Source: Mogibacterium sp. (lineage in GTDB: Bacteria > Bacillota > Clostridia > Peptostreptococcales > Anaerovoracaceae). Taken from it: 64,000 bases of DNA. The translations under genes and the position numbers were made by a program. Location: the NCBI GenBank assembly GCA_017512365.1, contig JAFWGQ010000001.1, positions 30,863 to 94,862 of the forward strand. The letters are read 5' to 3'. The notes beneath the pieces were generated by a model. It was given only the letters and a program-made list of their open reading frames with translations, ran no database searches and had not been told where the DNA came from. Shown here in pieces: positions 19,274-26,274 of the stretch. The stretch's first letter is position 1. The number at the start of each line of letters is the position of its first letter.

Positions 19274-20530
19274 ATGGCAGAATTTGACCTTACACCTGAA
19301 GCGGTAAACGATGCAGTCAACGACGCAGCGGAAGAAACAGCAACTGCAATGGCTGCAGATGTACATGAAGTCGCAGCTCAGGCGGCTTCGCTCGATACGG
19401 TTGCTGCGCCTGTCATCGACTTCGGACAAGAAGAAGTCAGAAAGGACGAGGAGCCTCTTGCGCAGTTCACTGCCGATGAGCAGAGACAGATCAGGACCGT
19501 TGCCGACAAGATCGACATCACCGACAGCAACGCGGTGCTCAGCTACGGAGCCAGCGCGCAGCGCAAGGTGTCAGATTTCGCGGACGGAGCTCTCCAGAGC
19601 GTAAGAGCAAAGGACATGGGCGAGACAGGCCAGATCCTCACATCGCTGCTCGTCGAGCTCAAGACGAACGGCGAAGAAAAGAAGAGCCTGCTCGGCAAGC
19701 TGTTCGGAAGCGCCGAGAAGAATTTCGAAAAGCTCAAAGCCCAGTACAGCACGACAGAGGCCAACATCGACAGACTCGTCAAGCTTCTCGAGGATCATGA
19801 GCAGCAGCTCAGGAAGGATATCATCCAGCTCGATAAGCTCTATGACAAGAACAAGCTCTACTTCAAGGAGATCTCGATGTACATAGAGGCCGGCAAGCTC
19901 GCTATAGAGAAGGCCAGAAACGAGACTCTCCCGCAGCTTGAGGCAAAGGCAAAAGAGACTAACTCGGCAGAAGACATCCAGGCAGCTCAGGATTTCGCCG
20001 ACATGATCACGAGATTCGAGAAGAAGATCTACGACCTCGAACTTTCGAGGACGGTATGCCTCCAGTCCGCGCCTGAGATCAGGATGGTACAGAACTCGGA
20101 TACCATCATGTCCGAGAAGATCCGCAGCACGATACTGAACGTCATCCCGATGTGGAAGACCCAGATGGTGCTCGCTCTCAACAACTATCATACTCAGAAG
20201 GCCATCGAGGCCCAGCAGGCGGTCACGGACGCTACGAACGAGATGCTCACAAAGAACGCCGAAGCGCTCCACCAGAGCACGGTCGATACAGCGAGAGCAA
20301 GCGAGAGAGGCATCGTGGACATCGAGACGCTGCAGCACACCAACGAGCAGCTGATAAGCGCACTCAACGAGATCCAGCAGATCCAGGAGGACGGCAAGGT
20401 CGCAAGAGCGGCGGCAGAGCAGGAGCTCGCGAGGATCGAGCAGGAGCTCAAGGACAAGATGCTCGGCATCGCTGCAAGCGCCGGCAGGTCCGCAGAAGAG
20501 GTCGCGGCTGCACGCAGCACAGGCGAATAG
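19274..20530 (+). CDS. TelA/YaaN-family toxic anion resistance protein
   Basis: 418 aa and long-helical. Sequence blocks (NAVLSYGASAQRKVSDFAD, YIEAGKLAIEKA) resemble TelA-family proteins as I recall them. RBS AAGGAGG lies upstream. Confidence 0.75.
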   Translation: MAEFDLTPEAVNDAVNDAAEETATAMAADVHEVAAQAASLDTVAAPVIDFGQEEVRKDEEPLAQFTADEQRQIRTVADKIDITDSNAVLSYGASAQRKVSDFADGALQSVRAKDMGETGQILTSLLVELKTNGEEKKSLLGKLFGSAEKNFEKLKAQYSTTEANIDRLVKLLEDHEQQLRKDIIQLDKLYDKNKLYFKEISMYIEAGKLAIEKARNETLPQLEAKAKETNSAEDIQAAQDFADMITRFEKKIYDLELSRTVCLQSAPEIRMVQNSDTIMSEKIRSTILNVIPMWKTQMVLALNNYHTQKAIEAQQAVTDATNEMLTKNAEALHQSTVDTARASERGIVDIETLQHTNEQLISALNEIQQIQEDGKVARAAAEQELARIEQELKDKMLGIAASAGRSAEEVAAARSTGE

Positions 20531-20565
20531 CGTCTGAACGCAGCGCATAGCACATGAACAGATCT

Positions 20566-20610
20566 GGTGTAAAATCCTGATAACTATCAGCGGTTTTACA
20601 CCATTTTTTC
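20566..20610 (+). terminator. Rho-independent terminator
   Basis: GGTGTAAAA ... TTTTACACC stem followed by ATTTTTT. Confidence 0.75.
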
Positions 20611-20658
20611 AAAATCCTGTGTAATTCCGCTTTTCACAAACAGATCGTAAGGATTGAG

Positions 20659-21696
20659 ATGGACAACAAAGGCAGCCGCAAAAACAAAAGGTCGGAGACA
20701 GGGCGAAAGAGGGCGTTCGCCGTTTTTGCGCTGATCCTTGTATGCTGTCTGTGCCTTGCTGCGGTGAAATACCGCGAAGGCAGAGACATGGCTGCTGATG
20801 ATACAGGAAAGCAGCAGAATGCTTCTGTCGGAGCCGGACCTGCGGTATCCGGCGGAGAGATCGGCGATACGGCGTCGCCGGACGCGGAGCATCTGCCTGA
20901 ATACGACGGCCGCCGCTATGTGACCGTGAACGGAAGCGTGCCTGATTTTCCTGACGAGGTCATCGAAAAGGCATCGCTTGTAAAGAACGGCGACAGATAT
21001 AAGACAGAAGGCAGTCTGCCGGGCAGGGTGGATCCGTCCGGACTTACTCCGTACGAGTACTACGGCAGCCTGGACGAGCTGGGCAGGTGCACATGCGCGT
21101 ACGGATGCCTCGGGGAGGAGACCATGCCTGAGAAGGGGCAGGAGAGAGGTGATATATCGTCCATACATCCGTCAGGCTGGGCAAAAGCCCAGAACTGGGA
21201 GCGCTGCCACCTGATAGCGTGGGCTCTTTCGGCCGAGAACGACAATCCTGAGAACCTCATCACCGGCACTCATTACCTGAATTACGAAGGCATGAGGCCT
21301 TTTGAGGAGGAAGTCGGGCATTACATATGGAACACTGGAAACCATGTCCTTTACATGGTGAAGCCGTGGTTCAGCGGTGACGAGCTCGTGGCGAGGGGCG
21401 TACAGATGACCGCCCGCTCAGTCGAGGACAACGGTGCAGGCGTATCCTTCAACGTATATTGCTTCAATGTGACGCCGAACGCTTCTGTAGATTACATGAC
21501 GGGCATCGTCACGACAGAAGAGCAGGCGCAGCAGGAGCCGAGGCTCTATGTGGTCAATAAAAGGTCGAAGGTGTTCCACTATCCGAGCTGCGAAGGCGCG
21601 CAGTCCATATCGCCTCATAACAGGGAGGAAGTCACCGCGACCAGAGTCGAGCTAACTTCCCGGGGGTACACGCCGTGCGGTTACTGCGAACCATGA
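20659..21696 (+). CDS. Membrane-anchored DNA/RNA non-specific endonuclease (EndA/NucM-like) with a C-terminal Ada-like zinc domain
   Basis: N-terminal TM anchor. Nuclease core WERCHLIAWALSAENDNPENLITGT. The C-terminal FHYPSCEG...GYTPCGYCEP matches the Cys4 pattern of the Ada N-terminal Zn site. Confidence 0.7.
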   Translation: MDNKGSRKNKRSETGRKRAFAVFALILVCCLCLAAVKYREGRDMAADDTGKQQNASVGAGPAVSGGEIGDTASPDAEHLPEYDGRRYVTVNGSVPDFPDEVIEKASLVKNGDRYKTEGSLPGRVDPSGLTPYEYYGSLDELGRCTCAYGCLGEETMPEKGQERGDISSIHPSGWAKAQNWERCHLIAWALSAENDNPENLITGTHYLNYEGMRPFEEEVGHYIWNTGNHVLYMVKPWFSGDELVARGVQMTARSVEDNGAGVSFNVYCFNVTPNASVDYMTGIVTTEEQAQQEPRLYVVNKRSKVFHYPSCEGAQSISPHNREEVTATRVELTSRGYTPCGYCEP

Positions 21697-21810
21697 TAAT
21701 GAACGGAAGTTATTGTTCCGGCACCTGTTTCGGAATGGGCGCAAAAGGTGTAAAATAATTATGTATACGCCTGGATTGTTACCCGGTTCAAGCGGGAGGA
21801 TCTGAAAGAC

Positions 21811-24498
21811 ATGACAGAGACACAGCGGCGGCGCTACATAATCGAAAACTTCGAAAGAGCCATGTCCGAAGGCTGGCTCAAGGTCTGGTATCAGCCGGTC
21901 GTCAGAGGCTCCAACGGCAGGGTGTGCAGCGAGGAGGCTCTCTCAAGATGGGCGGAGCCCGGAAAAGACATCATCTATCCTGACGCCTTCGTCCCGGTGC
22001 TCGAGGAGGCCGGCCTGACAGGAAAGCTCGATCTTTACGTGCTTGACCGTGTCCTGGAGGACTTCGGGCGGCGCAGTGAAGCGGGGCTTTATATCGTTCC
22101 GGTCTCCATCAATCTGTCCAGGAAGGATTTTGAAAACTACGATATGCCGGAAGAGATCCGCAGAAGGGTGGACGGAGCCGGCGTCGACAGGAAGAAGATC
22201 GCTCTGGAGATCACAGAGACCGCCATGGGAAGCGATTTCGATCAGATGAGCACGCAGGTAAAACGTCTGCGGGAGATGGGATTCAGAGTCTGCATGGACG
22301 ATTTCGGCAGCGGATATTCATCGCTCGACTTTCTGCAGAAGACGGATGTAGATGCTCTCAAACTCGACCTGAACTTCATGCGCGAGTTCGAGACCAATGA
22401 GAAGACGAGGCTCATAGTCACACAGCTGGTCAGGATGATATCCTCGCTCGGCATGGATACTGTTGCCGAGGGAGTAGAGACCGAAGAGCAGTTCGAATTC
22501 CTCAGAGAGATCGGATGCACCAAGATGCAGGGATTCTGGTTCTGCGAGGCCGTCCCTCTAGAGGAGATCATTGCCCGCTACAGGGAAGGGCGCCAGATAG
22601 GCTTCGAGAATCCGGACGAGACCGAGTATTATGAAACTCTCGGCAGGATAAGCCTCTTCGATCTGGATGATACGGCTTCGGACGAACAGGCTCCTGAAGA
22701 CAGTTCTGCACTCCGGAGGTACTTTGCTTCGCTTCCTGTAGCCGTGCTCGAGTATAACGGTGAGAAGATCCGCATAGTCCGCTGCAACAGGAGCTACAAG
22801 GAATTCGTAAAAGAGGCGTTCGGCATCACGGGAACAGAAAGAAGCGATGACCATGCTCCTCAGCTCCATGAAAAAGGCGCCGAGATATTCGAACTCTTCG
22901 AGCGCTGCAGAGGCCTCGGGAGAAGGCTGCTGTTCGAAGAGCAGGTAAGCGACAGGATGAATATCAACGGCTTCATAAGGCATTCCGCGGACAATGAGGT
23001 CACGGGCTATTCCGCGTTCACGCTCGCCATTCTGAGCAGCAAGGACTTCGACGAGAGCTCGGGAGTTACTTTCGCCCGCGCCGCACGGGCCCTTTCATCC
23101 GACTATATCAATCTGTACTATGTGAACGATCAGACGGGTGAGTTCACGGAGTACAATCCGGACGCCTTGCGCAGCAATCTCTCCGTGGAAAGACGCGGGC
23201 ATGACTTTTTCAACACCAGCAGAAAGGATGCCGAAAAGGCCATATATCCTGATGACCGCGCCAAGTTCCTGAGCGAGTTCAGAAAGGAATATATCCTGGA
23301 GGTCCTTGAGCAGCAGGGAACATTCACGCTCTCGTACCGTCTGATGACCGACGGCGAGCCGATCTATGTCAACATGAAGGCTGTCAGGGTGGACGGCGAA
23401 CACATAGTGATCGGCGTCAACGATGTGGACGCGTACATGCGCCATAAGGAGGCTCTCGAAAGAGCGGAGCAGGAGAGCATAACCTACGCCAGGATCACGG
23501 CTCTTGCCGGCAATTACCTGGCCATATACACGGTAGACCCTGTAAGCGAAGAATATATCGAATACAGCGCGACAAAGGAGATCGAGGACTTCGGGATCGC
23601 CAAGAAAGGAACGGACTTCTTCGGCGAGATGATCAGGAACGGCAGAGACGCGGTGTTTGGCGAAGATTTCGAGGGCTATCAGGTGATCTGCACGAAAGAG
23701 AACATCCTGCGCGATATCGAGCAGACGGGACTCTTCGAATTCAACTACCGGCTGATGATGGGGGGCGAGCCTGTCCATGTCTCGCTCAGGGCAGCAAGAG
23801 TCGAAGAAAAAGACGGGCCGCGCATCATAGTCGGCATCAGCAATATCCAGGAAAGGATGGCGCGAAGCCAGCAATACGAAACAGCCCTGAAAGAAGCGAG
23901 GGCTATGATAACCACCGACGGGCTTACCGGGGTGAAGAACAAGGGCGCCTACATGAATGCCGAAGCCGAGCTGAACGAGCAGATCAGAGCCGGAGCGGAT
24001 CCGGAGTTCGCTGTAGTCGTGGCCGACCTGAACGGACTCAAGGATATAAACGACCAGCACGGGCACCAGACCGGAGACAATTTCCTCAAGGCGGGATGCA
24101 GGGCCATATGCGACATTTTCGATCACAGTCCGGTGTTCAGGGTAGGCGGCGACGAATTCGCGATCATCGCGAGGGGCCGCGACTACGAGCATATCGATGA
24201 GCTGATGGAAAAGATGGCCGCTCACAATGAGTGGTGCATAGAGGCGAGAAAATCGGAAGGAGAGGGATACTCCGCGGCAAAGCGTATGACTATAGCTGCC
24301 GGAGCCCACGACCGCGACAGCAGGGTCGAAAGGGACTACACGGATGCCAGCGCCGGTGCGATATATGACTTTGACCCTGAGGATGTGGTCATAGCTGCCG
24401 GCATGGCGCGCTTCGAAGGGGACCCTGATGTCTCTGCGGTGTTCGACCGGGCGGATCTGGCGATGTTCGAGAACAAGAAGGAACTCAAGAGCAGATGA
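21811..24498 (+). CDS. c-di-GMP turnover protein: N-terminal EAL phosphodiesterase, two PAS-like sensor repeats, C-terminal GGDEF cyclase
   Basis: EAL motifs: EEALSRW, EITE, DDFGSGYSSL, KLD, EGVETEEQ, QGFWF. GGDEF motifs: DLNGLKDINDQHGHQTGDN and RVGGDEFAII. Confidence 0.9.
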   Translation: MTETQRRRYIIENFERAMSEGWLKVWYQPVVRGSNGRVCSEEALSRWAEPGKDIIYPDAFVPVLEEAGLTGKLDLYVLDRVLEDFGRRSEAGLYIVPVSINLSRKDFENYDMPEEIRRRVDGAGVDRKKIALEITETAMGSDFDQMSTQVKRLREMGFRVCMDDFGSGYSSLDFLQKTDVDALKLDLNFMREFETNEKTRLIVTQLVRMISSLGMDTVAEGVETEEQFEFLREIGCTKMQGFWFCEAVPLEEIIARYREGRQIGFENPDETEYYETLGRISLFDLDDTASDEQAPEDSSALRRYFASLPVAVLEYNGEKIRIVRCNRSYKEFVKEAFGITGTERSDDHAPQLHEKGAEIFELFERCRGLGRRLLFEEQVSDRMNINGFIRHSADNEVTGYSAFTLAILSSKDFDESSGVTFARAARALSSDYINLYYVNDQTGEFTEYNPDALRSNLSVERRGHDFFNTSRKDAEKAIYPDDRAKFLSEFRKEYILEVLEQQGTFTLSYRLMTDGEPIYVNMKAVRVDGEHIVIGVNDVDAYMRHKEALERAEQESITYARITALAGNYLAIYTVDPVSEEYIEYSATKEIEDFGIAKKGTDFFGEMIRNGRDAVFGEDFEGYQVICTKENILRDIEQTGLFEFNYRLMMGGEPVHVSLRAARVEEKDGPRIIVGISNIQERMARSQQYETALKEARAMITTDGLTGVKNKGAYMNAEAELNEQIRAGADPEFAVVVADLNGLKDINDQHGHQTGDNFLKAGCRAICDIFDHSPVFRVGGDEFAIIARGRDYEHIDELMEKMAAHNEWCIEARKSEGEGYSAAKRMTIAAGAHDRDSRVERDYTDASAGAIYDFDPEDVVIAAGMARFEGDPDVSAVFDRADLAMFENKKELKSR

Positions 24499-24561
24499 AT
24501 CAGGCGGAAGAATTGACCTGTGGCTGACTGCGGGCATCGGCCTGAGGCCTGATACCCCGGG

Positions 24562-24584
24562 GCGACGCATGCGTCAGTTTTTTC
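24562..24584 (+). terminator. Rho-independent terminator after the EAL-GGDEF gene
   Basis: Palindrome GACGCATGCGTC followed by AGTTTTTT. Confidence 0.7.
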
Positions 24585-24627
24585 AAGGAAACATGTTTTA
24601 AGTTCAGTTTTTACGCTGATTGTAGTA

Positions 24628-25893
24628 ATGTTAAGTTCTATGGGAGACAATATCAGAGAAAATGAAGAATATGTAAGCGTCTTTGACAGAATGCTGGACA
24701 TGGACAAAAGAAGGGCCTTTATAGAAAGGAAAAGGTCCTCATACAGCGTTTCGGAAGACGAGGCGGCTCAGCTCGAGGCCTACATATTGTCCGACAGGTG
24801 CACTGATGAGATACAGAGGCTCAGGGAAGGAGACTTCTTCTTCAAACCGCCCGGACTCACGATGCTCCGCAAGAAGAATTCGACAAGGAAGCGCAGGATC
24901 TACAGATTTCGCGACAACGAGAGCATGCTGCTCAAGCTCATGGCTTTCGTGATGCATGATTTCGATTATCTGTTCTCGGATTCGCTGTATTCCTTCCGTC
25001 TGGGAAAGCACATATCCGGCATATTCAATACCGTAAACAAAAATGGCTACAATAAGGACTGCTGGGTCCTCAAGACAGACATACACAGCTACGGCGACAA
25101 CGTGGATCCGGAAATACTCAGCGTACAGATGAGAGAACTGCTCGCGGAGAAGGACCCTTCCCTGTTCGCATTTCTGGAAAAGCTGGTCTGCCGGGGCGAG
25201 TACTGGTTCCGCGGCAATCTGGTGCAGGGCCCGACCGGAGCTCTGAGCGGATGCGCTCTCACCAATTTCTTCGAGAACGTATATCTGCTGGACGTCGATG
25301 ACGTGGTCAGACAGAACAGCGTATATTACTGCAGATTCGCCGATGACATCGCGGTGTTCACCGAATCAAAGGCGCAGGCTGAGGTGGTCAGGGAATTCCT
25401 CAGAAAGACCTTCGAGGAAAGAGGTCTTGAGTTCAATGAAGCAAAGACCGATATATGCGCGCCGCGCGAGGGCTTCGATCTGCTCGGGTTCAGGCTCCAG
25501 GACGGCGAGTACGATATCGCCGAGAACTCCCTTGAGAAGATAGAGTGGAAACTGAACCACTATGCGGAAAAGCTGGTGAGAAAGGAGCGCAGGGGCGAAC
25601 TCACAAGAGAGGAAGCCATGCAGCGCATGATCGACAGGGTCGACAGGTACTTCTTCGGAGTCGTCAGAGAGGAAAGAGAGCTGAACTGGGTAGACTGGGC
25701 TTTCAGAATCCTTACAAGGACAGACAGTCTCAAGAGGATAGACGCATGGTCGCAGGAGTGCATAAGGTTCGTCGGCAGCGGCGGCAAGCGCACAGGCGCG
25801 AAATACCGTGTCCGTTACAAGGACATGCGGCGCATGGGTTACCGCACGCTTGTGCACGCGTATTACCACGGATTCGAAAGAAGAACTGAATAA
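24628..25893 (+). CDS. Stand-alone reverse transcriptase (RNA-directed DNA polymerase), class undetermined
   Basis: Seven RT blocks are readable:
- Blocks 1/2: RKRRIYRFRDNESMLLKLMAFVM.
- Block 2a: SLYSFRLGKH.
- Block 3: VLKTDIHSYGDNV.
- Block 4: GALSGCALTNFFENVYLLDVDD.
- Block 5: YYCRFADDIAVF.
- Block 6: GLEFNEAKTDI.
- Block 7: FDLLGFRL.
These are followed by a helical tail of about 110 aa. The start is uncertain (24628 or 24640), and neither has a clear Shine-Dalgarno. Confidence 0.85.
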   Translation: MLSSMGDNIRENEEYVSVFDRMLDMDKRRAFIERKRSSYSVSEDEAAQLEAYILSDRCTDEIQRLREGDFFFKPPGLTMLRKKNSTRKRRIYRFRDNESMLLKLMAFVMHDFDYLFSDSLYSFRLGKHISGIFNTVNKNGYNKDCWVLKTDIHSYGDNVDPEILSVQMRELLAEKDPSLFAFLEKLVCRGEYWFRGNLVQGPTGALSGCALTNFFENVYLLDVDDVVRQNSVYYCRFADDIAVFTESKAQAEVVREFLRKTFEERGLEFNEAKTDICAPREGFDLLGFRLQDGEYDIAENSLEKIEWKLNHYAEKLVRKERRGELTREEAMQRMIDRVDRYFFGVVREERELNWVDWAFRILTRTDSLKRIDAWSQECIRFVGSGGKRTGAKYRVRYKDMRRMGYRTLVHAYYHGFERRTE

Positions 25894-25899
25894 GATATA

Positions 25900-26051
25900 C
25901 CGGCGTGAGCCGGGATATGGGCGGGTGCGCTTGAAAAAGCGCGTCTGCAAGAGACGGTTGAGGCGGCCATGAAAAGGCTATGCAGACGGCCGCCGCCGGG
26001 ACTGTTTTGACAGCCGAGGCCTTGAATGGATTCCCGCCCATATCCGGACCC
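25900..26051 (+). repeat. Tandem structured repeat, copy 1 (candidate RT-associated ncRNA unit)
   Basis: 152 nt starting 7 nt after the RT stop codon. Predicted helices:
- CCGGC-GUGA-GCCGG hairpin.
- 13-bp closing stem GGAUAUGGGCGGG / CCCGCCCAUAUCC.
- GCGCUU-GAAA-AAGCGC hairpin.
- GUCUGCA / UGCAGAC helix.
- GGCGGCC / GGCCGCC complementarity. Confidence 0.8.
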
Positions 26052-26084
26052 ACGAAGGAACAGAAGGAAAGAACAAAAAAAGAT

Positions 26085-26236
26085 CCGGCGTGAGCCGGGA
26101 TATGGGCGGGTGCGCTTGAAAAAGCGCGTCTGCATGAGACAGTTGAGGCGGCCTTGAAAAGGCTATGCAGACGGCCGCCGCCGGGACTGTTTTGACGGCC
26201 GCAGCCTTGAATGGACCCCCGCCCATATCCGGGCCC
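26085..26236 (+). repeat. Tandem structured repeat, copy 2
   Basis: Offset by exactly 185 nt from copy 1. My manual alignment gives 9 substitutions and no indels over 152 nt. The copies are separated by the purine-rich spacer ACGAAGGAACAGAAGGAAAGAACAAAAAAAGAT. Copy 2 ends 39 nt before the ABC exporter start codon. Confidence 0.8.
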
Positions 26237-26274
26237 GCATCGCAGTGGGTCGAATAAGCGTACAGGGAAAGCAG

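Noticed and set aside
24609-24636. A dedicated promoter for the RT gene
   Set aside because: TTTACG and TAGTAA/TTAAGT-like hexamers are present, but their spacing is wrong (7 or 15 nt). I cannot support a promoter call from the sequence alone.
25968-26009. Small ORF inside each repeat (MKRLCRRPPPGLF) as an exported peptide precursor
   Set aside because: It is 13 aa with no double-glycine leader. The start codon is ATG in copy 1 but TTG in copy 2. It overlaps predicted RNA helices, so its conservation is explained by the nucleotide repeat itself.
25900-26236. The tandem repeats as a DGR template/variable repeat pair
   Set aside because: Only 5 of the 9 differences involve an A in copy 1. The others are G to A and TT to CC, and most adenines are unchanged. 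Neither copy lies inside a credible target ORF, and RT block 4 lacks the DGR-type motif.
24499-26236. RT plus structured RNA as a group II intron
   Set aside because: Only 130 nt, including a terminator, separate the RT from an intact upstream gene, which leaves no room for intron domains I-III. I could not find a domain-V-like 14-bp bulged hairpin with an AGC triad. A duplicated 3' segment is not an intron feature.
25900-26236. The repeats as a CRISPR array
   Set aside because: There are only two units of 152 nt, and the 33-nt purine-rich spacer is much shorter than the repeat. No cas genes are present.
26245-26274. ORF-track start of the first ABC exporter at 26245
   Set aside because: It is an alternative (GTG) start beginning only 9 nt after the end of repeat copy 2, with no RBS. 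ATG 26275 follows AGGGAAAG and gives the typical MKVPVV... C39-domain N-terminus.
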